Below are positions 25,257-39,900 of a stretch of DNA of 64,000 nucleotides, one piece after another. A model generated the notes under the pieces. That model had not been told where the DNA came from and did no database searches. It saw nothing but the letters and a program-made list of their open reading frames with translations. The DNA comes from Mytilus trossulus (taxonomy: Eukaryota): assembly GCF_036588685.1 (NCBI RefSeq), contig NC_086384.1, positions 35,650,001-35,714,000 of the forward strand. The letters run 5' to 3'. Every line of letters begins with the position of its first letter. Position 1 is the first letter of the stretch. The translations under genes and the position numbers were made by a program.

Positions 25257-26519
25257 TATATATATATATATATATATACCAAAAACATGTAATACAGGCT
25301 CTTATTACTTCGGTACTTATGTACATGTACACATATTGAACTACTTTTTTTTCTCGAACGGACATGATGATGGATATCGGATATATCATGTTATTTATGT
25401 TACAAGGTTAGAACAGTATAATAAATTGTCATTTGTTTTATCAAATGTATAGAATTTACGTTTTATATTTTAAGGACGTTGCGAAGTATCGATTTCTAGT
25501 CACAACTATACATGTATTACACGTAAAACATATTGAAATACTCAAAGAGCAGGAGTGTTTACTTGTTCCGAGTTTGGCATATACTATCTACGTGCATTTT
25601 GGAGTTTTTGACGAATCAAATATAATAAATAATGTTTTTTGAAATGCATGCGTTTTATGAAAAAAGAAGATTTGGTATAATTGCCAATGAGTCAACTCTT
25701 TAACAAGAGACGAAATGACACAGATTTTTCAAAACAACAAGTAGAATATTTTTATTTGAAGTGAATTTCTCTCTTTTTTATTCTAAACACTTACTATCTA
25801 GTGATTATGCAACTTATTTTATTTGTTAACTTGTGTTGATAAGACAGTATGGCCTATGCATGTGGAATTTAAAAAAAAATTAGAGTCTTATTTGTTCATG
25901 ATTATTACGCCAAAGTGCAAACTAATAGAAAATCATTTTATAAAATCAAAGTATAAGATTAAAAAACGTAAGAGCTATAATCAGGCTCATAATTTAGAGA
26001 TGGGATTTACTCAATATTAAATTTTACTGAGCAAGATGAAACGGGGAATGCGAGAAGAAAATAACAATCTGACAAAAGACCAAAAAGCAGCCAAGGCCAC
26101 CAATGGGTCTTCAACCCAGATTGGTTTCATTTTCTTTATCTTAGCAATTTTTAAAATACTTGTCTTCCTTTACTCAACCGGCTGATGATTTAAATGTACA
26201 ATTAATGCTTCATCGCAAAAATAATGATTTTACAGACATGTATCATCAAATGTTCTTACAATTGTTGAACTGAAATCTTTATAAATGTTATTTCATGGGT
26301 TCCTTACCAAACACTAAATAATTACAATAACTATACTGATCCGCTAAAACCGTCCGTTATTGAACGCACCAATTAAGATTGAATATTTAATTACTACTAA
26401 GGAGTTTTCTTACCATTAAGAAAAATACAACATTTTACTTGGTATTTTCCAGCTGGTTAAATTTGACACAAATTTCCGACAAATTCTTTGATAAATTAAA
26501 TATAAAATGACATATGAAA

Positions 26520-26842
26520 TTGAGAATGGAAATGGGGAATGTGTCAAAGAGACAACAACCTGATTTTAGAAAAACACAACAGCAGAAGTTTATCAACAGG
26601 TCTTCATTGTAGCGAGAAATTCCCGCACCCGGAGGCGTCCTTCAACTGGCCCCTAAACAAATATATACTAGTTCAGTGACAATGAACGCCATACTAATTT
26701 CCAAATTGTACACAAGAAACTAAAATTAAAATAATACAAGACTACAAAGGCCAGAGGCTCCTGACGTGGGACAGGCGCAAAAATGATGCAGGGTTAAACA
26801 TGTTTATGAGATCTCCCTTTATACCTCTAGTCAATGTAGATG
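26520..26842 (-). mobile_element. 3' tail of the second Penelope-like family (copies at 8480-8702, 16250-16525, 18485-18745)
   Basis: Homologous to 55305-55600. Confidence 0.75.
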
Positions 26843-27804
26843 CATATATAAAAAGGTTAATACATGACATGTATTGATTTGCACGAACTGAAATAATCGG
26901 AAAAAATCACTTAAAGATAAAATACGATCAATTTATATTTCAATCCTTTGTTTACAACAATACAAGTAGTTTAAAAGAAATATAAGTCAGACTGAGATAG
27001 ACCAGGAAGTGGGAAGTCTGCAAACAAAACAAATTCTTTACTTATTTCTCAACAACAGTGGAATTTAAAAGGTATTGTACAAATATTTTTTTTTAGCAAT
27101 CTATAATGTTATTATCGCTATGAAATAATTGCGTCCTTCATTTTATTTCGTTTCATTTCGTTTACTGTATTTTTACCATATATATACTTTATTCTGATAA
27201 ACCGCTTTATAAACAAAGGTATACATGGATATTATGCAGTTAAATAAAGGTATATATGTTGAGAAATTAAACAATCAGTACAATAGAAAAACATACAGAT
27301 ATATTTACATATAAAAACGGGCTGTGAGTATTAAATGAAAGACTTTGAAATATGAACAAGAGGTAGAAGATTAATTTTGGAAAGCCACTCCGTCGTATAC
27401 AACTTAAATAAAGTTGAACAAATTTCGAAATAAGATTGCTTAGATGTATTCCTTTAATTATGTGGATATTATTGTGAATATGAATATGTATTCCTTAAGT
27501 TATTTGTTTATCATTGTGAATATGAATATAAGTTGATAATTATATGTTTTTGTTTAATGTGTATTATGCCACTGGTTCGTTTTTAGTTATAAATTACTGA
27601 TTGGTGTTTGAAAAAGAAAGGAAACGTTACGAGTTCTCGTATTTTTTTTAACAGAATGGGGCTGTAATTACTCGTTTAAATAATCGATGAAACGAAAAAA
27701 GTGCTTAACACTATCTAAGTAAACAATCTAAATAATCGGATATTTTTCCCATTTATTCTGTTTTTTATCTTATTTTTATTTTTTACTATCTATTTCATTT
27801 CAAG

Positions 27805-27999
27805 ATGGAGATGATACCAGTAGTTTTCCTTTTATTTGTTTCCGGTACAGTATTTGCCAATGTGCCAATCTCTGAGTTCTTTCCTTTTGGACAAGATACA
27901 AAGGATACATTGCTTCATTCAAACGACGATGGGTCTTCACCGGTTCAGAACATATCAGTTGTATTTGAATTCTTCTCTGAACATCGAAGGCAGCTCTTT
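27805..27999 (+). CDS. NIDO-VWA exon 1 (signal peptide, NIDO N-terminus)
   Basis: MEMIPVVFLLFVSGTVFANVPISEFFPFG...QLF|GTAAGT. The ATG directly follows a polypyrimidine tract and AG, implying an upstream non-coding exon. Confidence 0.85.
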
Positions 28000-30900
28000 G
28001 TAAGTGCTGAAATAAATATTTGATTCATTTTCGACATTTATAAATATAACTTATTTCTTTAACAAACTGAGACAACTTACAGGTATCAGTGAGATTAATC
28101 TTATATAAGGCTTTACATAGTAATATTTAGACAGGTAAAAATTAAACAGTATAAGGCAATAGTAAGGTATTCTATCAGTGAAAATGTATCCTTTAACAAA
28201 TCTATAAAACAAACATTAACATTATCGATATATGTCATTAATCTTTTAAAATACAAACAAAACAATCACAAGGAAATAGTGTTCTTTTTTATATGTCAGA
28301 TAAATCCTTTTATCTCAAAAGTCCAAATTAAACGTATATATGTAATACATATTGCCTTTTTAGTTGTAGCCGCAAATTAGATGTATTAAGCGAGTCTGTT
28401 TATATAAAAAATATCATGAAGGTTTTGTTTTGATTATGTGTTTAAATTTATGATATGAAATCAGAAGATGTGGTATGAATGCCAATTATACAACTTACCC
28501 AACAAAATACTAAAATAAGTTAATAAAGATATAAGGCATCAGTATGCCATGTACAGAAAGCTCCTGATCAATTTATGAAAAATCAAAAGAATAACAACCT
28601 CAAACGCATTGAACAATAATTGTCATATTCCTGACTTGAAAAATAATTTTCCTCAGACGAAAATGGAGAATTTAACCTGGTTTTATAGGAAGCTAAGCAT
28701 CTCATATGACAGTCGCATCGAACTCCAATATTACTACAACAATGTGTAAGCGAAACAAAATATACATGATAGTTAAAAATGTCAAATAATGGGATACAGG
28801 AGTTATCATTGTGCAATAATCTTAATCATTTTAAAGAAAAACTTCTATATAACCAACCCAACGAAAAAACAAAATGGCATATGTACACTCTATATAGACA
28901 AAGCATATAAGCAAAATTAAAGACAATTATAAAAATTTGACCATAGCGTATACTGATTAACGCTTTCTACAACGTTTGAAAATATCAAGTGAACCTAAGC
29001 TTTTATAGTAACAGTGATTTTTTGTATAGAATGATGTACACCAAGTTAATTGTTAAACAACAATATGTGCTATAAGAATTAATTAAAGCGTTACAGCAGA
29101 ATGCAATGAGTGTATAGAGGTATAATCTTTGTACGCTTGCTTGTTAGTTGAACTGTGAAGTCATTATTGGGTTTGGTAAACAACATTCCTTTCAGAGTAC
29201 TTTAGTCCATCGAACTAGTCCCTGGTCTAATCTTAAAGGAGGATGCTTTCCCTAACCTAATAGCGATTTTACAGTTCAACTAACAAGCAAGCTAACAAAG
29301 GATATAACCTTTCCCTACACACTCGATGCAAAAAGAAAAAAATATTTTGTTTTTGTAATTATAGGTGAATACAAATGGACTTGTATCGTTTAAGAATTCT
29401 ATTAGAACATATACACCAGAACCGTTTCCAAACATTGGTGCGCTAGTTGTACTTGCACCTTTTTGGGCTGATATAGATACTAGCAGCTGTGATTCAACAT
29501 GCAGTATATGGTATAGAGAATCAAGAGAACTAGTAGACCTCAGCACGGCTACTACAGAAATCCGAAAGTATTTTCCTGTAATGAAACATTTTATTGCAGA
29601 ATGGACATTTATTGTCACCTGGTACAAGGTGCCATACTTTGGAGCATCATCTTCTGAAATGGAAAAGGTTTGAACTTAATGCATGATAAATTGAATTATT
29701 CATTTCCTCCTTTACCATGTTTACTTGGTTTATTAGTGTGGTTGAATGATATCTAAAATACTCTTTAGTTAGTCTCATACCTTAGCCACGTATGAGAAGT
29801 TTTCCAAATGGTTACCTTTTTAATAATTACATTTCCTGCATGTTTTAATGTAATATGATATTTTGATTGTCTATCAGCAATCTCACGTTATACTGAAATT
29901 AAACTCCATTTTAAAATGAAATGAAACATTCATAATGACACGAGCTTGAACAATAAAGTGCATAGGTAAATACAGGAATAACTTGATGGGAATCGTGTTT
30001 TCATGATCTTAGCACAAAATGTAATTGAAAGATTCTTTTATCACACGCTCCATACAAAATGTACTTCAGTCAACTCTTTAACAAATCAATATATTATATA
30101 TATATATACAAAAACGTACATTCAATACTTTAGTAAATCACTAAGTAGTGTTACTTTCAAATTATTATTGCAATTAAAGTAAAATATAACACTCTTTTAT
30201 GTAAAAATTTACCAACAACAAACAAAAAAAAATATGTCTAGTAGACCATCTTTGATACGATAACTGCACTGGCATTTTTACATGAGAGGATTTTTTATTA
30301 CTGCAGAAATTACTTATATCGTCAAGTTATCGGATTCCAAAGGAGACTAACTGTGAACCACTTATTGTCTATCTGTTTCTGTATTGTTATGAGTTTCTTC
30401 TTATGATTAACATAACCAAAGACCCATCGAAAAACATCTTATATAAAAAATGAATGTTACTTTTAGAAATTAAGCGATATATTTGCTCTAATATTGACGA
30501 ATTGTCCTGCTGAGCTGACGTTAATTAGAACTTGTCTCTCAGCTCGAGGCAAGATCTTAAGAAAAAATGATTAGTATACATGTTATTTTAACAGTAACTT
30601 TAAATAGTAATACGATTAAATTTTACAAAAGGAAAAAAACATCGATTTCAGACATATTCACTTCTACGAGATTGAGAATTTTTTTTATTATTATTTTTCA
30701 ATCTGAAGTTGGTACAAATGCCATAGTTGATACGGTGTATTTGATTATTAAAAATCAAACTTCACAGGAATCCTCACAGGACAAACATTAATTCAAAAAG
30801 CGTAAATGTATGACTTGTTTAGAAGGTTGATACATTGACACTCATACCACATCTCATATTATATATGTATGTGTAGGGTACTAAAGATAAGGCTTTCAAA

Positions 30901-33900
30901 CACCAATTTTAAACTACCAGTTAACCGGTTAATCGTTCGAAAAATTATCAGAGTAACCGGTTAGTTACTAGTGTACGATTTCACAACATAACTTGAGATA
31001 AAACAAAAAGCTCAAACTGAACACTGTCCTTGAATTTGACGTCTATATCATGTATATCTTAAACTTTAACATGTTTAGGACCAACATTTTTTTTTTTATT
31101 TCCTTTGTTAGTTCTCCATTTTTTTTATGGTGACGTTCCCTTGGCAACTTGTTATGGTGTTTGTTTTTCCCATCTTGTTTTATTTGCTCGTGTATGTAAC
31201 AACGCATTTGATTTTAACGAACGTAATTTCTATATTCTTAAAAAAATGATACAAGGGTTGTGAATATCACAAACTAGTTCACAAAATTTAATCATCGATA
31301 CAAGAACATTATTCGTGAATATAAATCAACAAGCATACATCTTATACGTTCAGGTATTCAACACCCAACTGTTTATGGTAATATTCTAAGCAAATCTAAA
31401 AAATTTCGTCATAACCTTCACACATACTTATTCAGAAGGGATGCTACTGTTTTACGGTTACTAAATATGGACTATTTTGGAATTGATATTGATCCACACA
31501 TGTATTCGAAAACCAGTTATGTCATAAAACAGGTTATATTCCCCTTATATCTTGTATGGTGGTATGATACTAAAACATGTTTTACCCAATCGCCTTTTTT
31601 TCGCCTTCGATAGTCTTGTATGTTTTATGTAAGTACATGTAATTGTTTTGGGGTTAAGTATGACGTCCTTTTTCAAAACAATTAGATCACATTTTTGTTA
31701 AGGGGCAATGTGAAACTCCGAAGCGGGATTGACTCGCTTTGTTGGAGACACATTAGTGGCTTATTGGTTTTTTTTTTGTTCTTTGGTCTGGTTGTTGGTC
31801 TTTGGTCATATTGTTGGTCTTTGGTCTGGTTGTTGGTTTTTGGTCTGGTTGGTGGTCTTTGGTCTGGTTGGTGGTCTTTGGTCTGGTTGGTGGTCTTTGG
31901 TCTGGTTGTTGGTCTTTGGTCTGGTTGGTGGTTTTTGGTCTGGTTGGTGGTCTTTGGTCTGGTTGTTGGTTTTTGGTCTGGTTGGTGGTCTTTAGTCTGG
32001 TTGTTGGTCTTTGGTCTGGTTGGTGGTTTTTGGTCTGGTTGGTGGTCTTTGGTCTGGTTGTTGGTTTTTGGTCTGGTTGTTGGTCTTTGGTCTGGTTGTT
32101 GGTCTTTGGTCTGGTTGTTGGTCTTTGGTCTGGTTGTTGGTCTTTGGTCTGGTTGTTGGTCTTTGGTCTGGTTGTTGGTCTTTGGTCTGGTTGTTGGTCC
32201 TTGGTGTGGTTGTTGGTCTTTGGTCTGGTTGTTGGTCTTTGGTCTGGTTGTTGGTCTTTGGTCTGGTTGTTGGTTTTTGGTCTGGTTGTTGGTTTTTGGT
32301 CTGGTTGTTGGTCTTTGGTCTGGTTGTTGGTCTTTGGTCTGGTTGTTGGTCTTTGGTCTGGTTGTTGGTTTTTGGTCTGGTTGTTGGTCTTTGGTTTGGT
32401 TGTTGGTCTTAAGTCTGGTTGTTGGTCTTTGGTCTGGTTGTTGTTCTTTGGTCTGGTTGTTGGTCTTTGGTCTGGTTGTTGGTCTTTGGACTGGTTGTTG
32501 GTCTTTGGTCTGGTTGTTGGTCTTTGGTCTGGTTGTTGGTCTTTGGTCTGGTTGTTGGTCTTTGGTCTGGTTGTTGGTCTTTGGTCTGGTTGTTGGTCTT
32601 TGGTCTGGTTGTTGGTCCTTGGTGTGGTTGTTGGTCTTTGGTCTGGTTGTTGGTCTTTGGTCTGGTTGTTGGTCTTTGGTCTGGTTGTTGGTTTTTGGTC
32701 TGGTTGTTGGTTTTTGGTCTGGTTGTTGGTCTTTGGTCTGGTTGTTGGTCTTTGGTCTGGTTGTTGGTCTTTGGTCTGGTTGTTGGTTTTTGGTCTGGTT
32801 GTTGGTCTTTGGTTTGGTTGTTGGTCTTAAGTCTGGTTGTTGGTCTTTGGTCTGGTTGTTGTTCTTTGGTCTGGTTGTTGGTCTTTGGTCTGGTTGTTGG
32901 TCTTTGGACTGGTTGTTGGTCTTTGGTCTGGTTGTTGGTCTTTGGTCTGGTTGTTGGTCTTTGGTCTGGTTGTTGTCTCTTTAATACATTCCCCCTTTCT
33001 CACCTCAAATGTACTTAAGATGTACATGATTGGTAGGCATGGACCCACTTCATTGTATGTAGCTATCCAATGATAAAACATGAACAAATGAAAATCATCT
33101 TAAATGATTGACAATTATAGGTTTCATAAAAGAGGGACGAAAGATACCAAAGAGACAGTCAAACTCATAAATCTAAAAATAATCGACAACGCCATGGCTA
33201 AAAATGAAAAAGACAAACAGAAAAACAATAGTACACATGACACAACACAGAAAACCAAAGAACAACAAGTGAGAATGGAATAAGATTTTCGTATCCCTTT
33301 TTCTTATCAGACTCAGTGCAGTGTGATAAGAAAAAATATCGACTCATGCAAGAAAGAAATAACAGGCGACAACCATAAGCAAATAAATGATATTCTTTGA
33401 TTAATTTCAAACTTGTAATACACTTCAGACAGTTTTCTTATGTTTAATTCAAATCACACCAAAGATGAAACACATTATCTTTGTAAGAAAATATAGAACT
33501 AGCATTTGTCAATTTTCTAAATTATGTTAACTCAAAGTGAATATACATTAAAGCAATGTCTCAGTAAACAAATTTAAATTAAAAAAATATGTACATCCTC
33601 TTTTTCATAATGTAATATCATGAGAACATACTGACACCTTCTCGTTCAGTGAAGTCCGTACCATTCGTTAGAGAAAATGACTTTCCATCTGCAAACAATT
33701 ACATCCTATTGGATTTAAGTAAACTTTTAGGATGATTCGCCCATATGTTGCAATCATCTGTTGTGACCAGTCATTTACTTTAGCCTTTATCTGATCTCTG
33801 ATAATGACTTAAGTTTTTTTTTTTTTTTTTTACTATTAATATTCCATATTTTTCTAGTTTAAGTTCTATTAGCTATTAACATGATTAATATTATAAATGG

Positions 33901-36900
33901 AATTTTCTGAGAAAGAAAATTCATATTCAATTCTGGCTTTAATGTTCATAGAACATGAAAAGGCAACTGTGAATCTCCACCTCTTGAAATCAATGCACAA
34001 ATCATTAGCTTTCACGTTAGCAGCAACCCACAATTCAGGACGTCTGATTGAAAACGACAGCTCTGGAATGCCTTGTTACCTAGATTGATATACGCTATGT
34101 AAATTCTTCTCCTGAATGTTGTTACATAGAAATGAAAAGATGATAATTGGGAAGCTGCAATTATACATTTTATCAGAAAGTTCCTTTCTCAGCTGACCCT
34201 TATCGTGTTTTTGTCAATGACCGATTTGAAAATCAAAATCCAAGATAAATTGAATTGTTCTTAGTGTTATTTGTGATCAATGTAAGAAAAGAACTGAATG
34301 TAAATATACATACACCTAATTTCATGTGGATTTCATCCCTGTCTTTATGCATGACAATCGTTTTTGAGGAAACTCTAAAAGTAATGATCTGTGTTTTTTT
34401 TTCCAGAGAAATACGTTTCAGGCCGTTTTGATTACAGATAGCAAAAGTGCTTTTGTGATTTACAACTATGATAAGATAGAATAGATAGCATCTAGTGATA
34501 TACCTGCTCAGGTAAATATAAATATATATCTTATACAAGTATAAATTGTAAACAACGTTCAAACCATGTATATATGAGTACGTCTGAACCAGTGACAACT
34601 CTACGACAGATTTTATGCATCGGAACACCAGTGATGGTGATTACAGGCTGAAAACTAATATATCTATAAAAATTATACATTTTGTCTAAATATCTGCCCA
34701 AACAATGTTAGATCGGTAAGTATGCAGAAGCAAATGATTGTGTATCACTGGTTGGAACTCATGCTATGGAACAACAGAAAATGCACATTGGCCATCGAAA
34801 TCATTTGGCAACCTAGACTGAATATATATAAAAAGTTTAAGGATTCCGAAGCAATCAAAATATTTTCATCTAACTATATTTACATTTGCTTTACCTCTAG
34901 CTCGCAACGTTGAAACTCTAAATTTACAATATATCACCAAAAGATCAACTAGATACGAAAATTATGTCTATTTAAAAGAAAATTGAAAGTTTAAAATAGA
35001 AAATGAATAGGGAACAACATTACGGAAAAGACATTTGCATTGATTCTACAACTCCAGATAAATTCAGGTAGATACATCTTATTTGTATATATAGAAAATG
35101 TTGGAAAGACTTTAAAAAAATCACAAAACACACATTTTCTCTTATTGTTTAATATTTTCTCTTTAAAGGTTGGATTTAATATGGGGGACGATATTCACTT
35201 CTATTCTGTAGAAGGTTCTAGAACATCACAAATTATCAATTTACCTAATCTATCAAACGTCGGATATCCAGGAAAGTTCGTGTTTAGAGTAGATTTGAGA
35301 AACATAAGACCTGCACCAACACCAGGAGGTATTTGATATCTTTTTAAGAAAATTTACAACACCATTAGAGTCTATATAAACTCATAAGTGATGTTACTGC
35401 TTTTATAAAGATCTGCAGTGACAAAGTACTTTTCGCATTATTAAAGAATGGTCTACTATATTAAACAACATGACACTCACTAAAATTGTAATTCCGAAAA
35501 TGAACCGTACTAGCTATATGCATATGCAGGTATGATGAATATATTTTTTTATGTCTCATGTCTCGCGTTCTAAATTAGAAGGTTTTCGGTCTTTAGGGGA
35601 GAAATATTGTAGCACACACGGTTAATTTGTAGAATATTATTCCATTATTATGTATTTTACTCCTTTTTAATTATTTCGATGTTCATCTACTTATCTACAT
35701 GTACATAAAATTATCGGTGGTACTCTAATCAAAACCGTTGTACACATATACAATTCAAACGGAGAAAATAATCCACTAACTGATATACCGTTTTTAGCTT
35801 AAAGGTAAAAAAGTATAGGCTTGTAAAGGAAAACATACTCTAAAGTCAATGAGAATTCAGAGTTCATCAATTTCAAAATTTCTTTCATATATTTTTTAAT
35901 TTGACAAAGTGCCAAAATTCACAAGTTGTAAAATTTGATTGAAAATAAATACTAAAGAGTGTATTTAACACAAGTTATTGATATTACAAATTTGTATGTA
36001 CCTTTCAATGAAAATTAATGGTTTTAAACATTTTTTGACTTCTGCATTAAGGAACATGCTTAACCAACATAAAAACATAACTGTTTGAAATCAAAACATT
36101 GCTGTACTACTAATATTTTTTTGAAATTAGTTAACTTCGGTTTTTTTCCGGCACTACTTGGTTTGTTTTGTAAAAGAAACGAGAGTCTAAATTACTATAT
36201 AGTAACTATACTATATTTATTACTATATATTAAACCTGATAACTTTTGCTGTTTCGTTATGCGTTGCCTTTCTATTCGTTATTTGCACAACGTAATGATT
36301 GCATATTTGAGCATTCTTTATGCATATGAATTTTAATTACAAACCAATAAGCATACGAAATTGTGAATTTTACCGAACATTGGAAGAATACTAAAACAAT
36401 ATCCTATTCCAAATGAATTTAGGGATATTGGCCATACTTCCTACTTCTGTTTATCAATCCGAAATGAAAATTAGGCATCACAACGCATGATTGACCATAC
36501 ATGTATTTGGTTATGACTTTTAATTCATTCATACTTATATTACTCCACAAATGTTTCGGTTCTTATGTATCGTTAATTTGAAAGTATTTGGCTCTACGTG
36601 TTCATGATGAAGGTGCATCTAGAAAAGCACCTCCGACGAATTAAATATAAAAAGTGCTTTTTTCATGATTTTTACACTATCTAATTAGCTTAACTAAACA
36701 CAACATAGATGACAGCTTTTTTTAATTACATGTAATCTCCATATTTATTTTAGATCCTGGTCAATGTTTTCTAAAGGCAGCCGATATTGTGTTCGTTTTA
36801 GTCATGTCTCGCAGTATAAACATACATTCTTTGCAAAACTTATTGTTAGCTTTGATATCAAAGCTGCCAATTAATGATATGGAATGTCAAATTGCAATAC

Positions 36901-39900
36901 AATCTTTTTCGACATCGGCAAAAATAGAATTGCGATTTACAGACCAGAAATCGAAAACGGAAGTCCTCGCACATATTGCCAATATGAATACAGATACTGG
37001 TATTTCAAATTTGAAGAATGCATTAAGTTCCACCACGTAGGTTTGTATAACTATAGATTTACATACCACTGTCTCGTGTGTAGTACGATAATTATCTACT
37101 ACAGACATTTAAATTACCTAATTTATACCTGGAGGCTCGCAAAACGATTTTGATATTTAAAATTTTACTATGGTTGAGAAATATCGTTTTGCACAATATT
37201 TGGAGATGGAATATGTTTCTCTATTGACATTTAGACATTATGCAGACAACCTTAATCTTTCTTTTCGAACTACCGGAAAAACAATTTGTTCTTTATACCT
37301 AACGTCATCAGGCATGGTTGCTTTTGTCATGTCGTCAGGCTAGGAATTCTAGCGGAAAGCAAGAAAATTAGAAATCGTAATAAAATTTTGACCAATAAAG
37401 AACTGATATTAAACAAGAACTATCTTTAAAAAAGTTATCCGACGTATATAAATTTGAGTGTATTCACCAAAACCCCGCGGAAATCTCACATGCGTAGGTG
37501 CGTTCTAAAAGTCATGTACGTTCGTACAACAAAGTTTACATTAAAAATTATATAATTGTCCCGAATAAACAACTGTAATGGATGCAAAGAGCTATTGGAG
37601 AAGCAATTATTTCAGTAAAAATATAAATCTTTGTGAGATCTAGTTCAAATATTTATAGTTTTTCACTTGCTTTCCATCATGATATAATTAACGAGACGTT
37701 TTTTCAAACACAATCAAATCACCCACCATGACAGTATTTTGTCCAATCACAGAAAGGGTTTCCGAGCATGCGTATTCTGTTGCCATAGTTAAGCATCCTT
37801 AAGTTCCAAGGGCACAAACCGAAACTATACCGACTACGTCGGAAAAATAACAATAACCAACCAGTCAGGAAAGGGATAAACTGAATCAGAATTAAAGAAA
37901 TTACAATATACATGCTATGTTTGGTATCTATGTTTTATATTTTTCTGAAAACTGGGAAGTATATGTATTATTGAATACATAAATGTTATGTTCAATTCCT
38001 TTTATATTCGAAATAATTCTCTAATGTCATGTTCTATGTTGAATGTAACATTGATATTATTGTGTCTGTCAAAATTTACATCGTGGTAACGCAGGTTACA
38101 CAGATATTTGCATGGCTTTCCGTGTTTTAAGATAACGTTCGATTTTGTCCTCACCGGACAAAAATCGTCAATTATTCGCACCTCTATGCATCATTTACCA
38201 GAAAGAAGGGATCCCCTGTATCCTTTCACTAGTAAAGTTCATCAAGCGTCTTGTGGATTTTCATTGTGCAGGATAAACTAGAAATATATTTTGTTCCGTA
38301 GGTATTTAGTCACTATTCCCTAGAAGAGCAGTGCTGATTGTCAATTCTGAGAATGCTATTCGCCAAATAATGTGTTTAATATAGCATCATACATTTTTAA
38401 TCACTCTCTAAACATGGGAACGGAAGTGTGACGATGTTCCTAAACGGACGAATGATGTTCGTTTTGCTTATGTCACAAGTATAAAGTTTTACTTTTATGA
38501 CCAAAAAAAGATTCTTATTAAAACCAAAGTTTTTTACGGAAATGCTTCGAACTCGAAAGTCTTTTATAAGATCAACAAAAACATGAAATAATTATTTCTT
38601 AGAAAGTATCTACTAAAGTATTCATCTATTTATTTTTAGACAAATGTTTTCATATGTCGATAAGGACGACGGTCCGCGATCATATGCCAAACGATTCGTT
38701 ATCATATTAACTGACGGTTTGATGGTTGCAAGTAGCGAACTGAAAACCAAAGCAGACCGTTTACTAAATTTTCCAAATATGATTGTTGCCACTGTTGGAA
38801 TTGGTTCGTCGGTGAAACATGATCATCTTGAACTAATTTCTACAGACATAAACGCAATTCTTAGACCATCAGCAAATAGTATTTGGAAGTATCTTCAATC
38901 GAATTTAGCTGTTCCTGGATGTCTTGGTAAGTGTAACATAGGGTCATACATTTTTCGGTATTTTTTTTTATTTGTGTGCATACACTGTCTAATGATATCG
39001 GATGTAACATGAACATACATGCTATTGATGCGACTGCCTTACAAGTGAGAAAAAGGGGTCAGCTAGCTATCAAACATTATTCAGTCCACCATTTTCTACA
39101 TAAAAAAATGTCTGTGTCAAGTCAGGAATATTCAAGTTGTTATCCATTCGTTTGATGTGACTGATATTGAATTTTGATAAGGACTACTAACTTTGAGAAG
39201 TTTTTTTAAACCATTCCTTGTTCATTTTGCATTGCACGAATTAAAATTAGTCACGTTATATTAAAATACATAATAAACTGAACACTGCAAATTATTATAC
39301 AGCATCCATTTACAACATATAATCATCATAAACTTCTACAGAAAAATTCGAAGCTCTTGTTTTCATTTGTTCGCTTTTGTTCTTACCTGCCTTCTGTTAT
39401 GTTTTGCGTTCATGGTATTATCCAGTTAGTGTTTTATATGTACTTTCAATGTTTTCTGTGGAATTAAGCAATGCATTGCTTTACCAAAGAAACTTACCTT
39501 TTTCATTTGTATACTTACATCTTGCTTGATAAGTGCTAACGTGTCTAACATAATATAGGACGAACTCTTTAAATCATAAGTTGATATTTTAAACAAAAAC
39601 ACTTTTATATATATTTTAAGCCTGTGAAGTGGATATTGGTGGTGACATACGCATCCTGCTTGATAGTTCGATATCTACTAGACAAAAACTGTTCGACGAA
39701 GGGAGAAAATTTATATATAAATTAATCGAAGAGCTCATATCTTTCAATTTGCTGAATGTAAATGTATCAGTGGATATATTCAGTGAAGAAGTAACAGAGG
39801 CAATTCCGTTACAAAATATTTCTAGAATAAAACGTAAACTTGGTGGACTTTCCCTTGTTGAATATAACGGTCATAATGTCAACCAATCATTGTTGGCACA

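Noticed and set aside
31695-33087. Long Trp/Leu/Val/Gly-rich ORFs (up to 429 aa) in all three plus frames
   Set aside because: Artefact of an almost A-free 19-bp minisatellite that rarely forms stop codons; it lies inside an intron.
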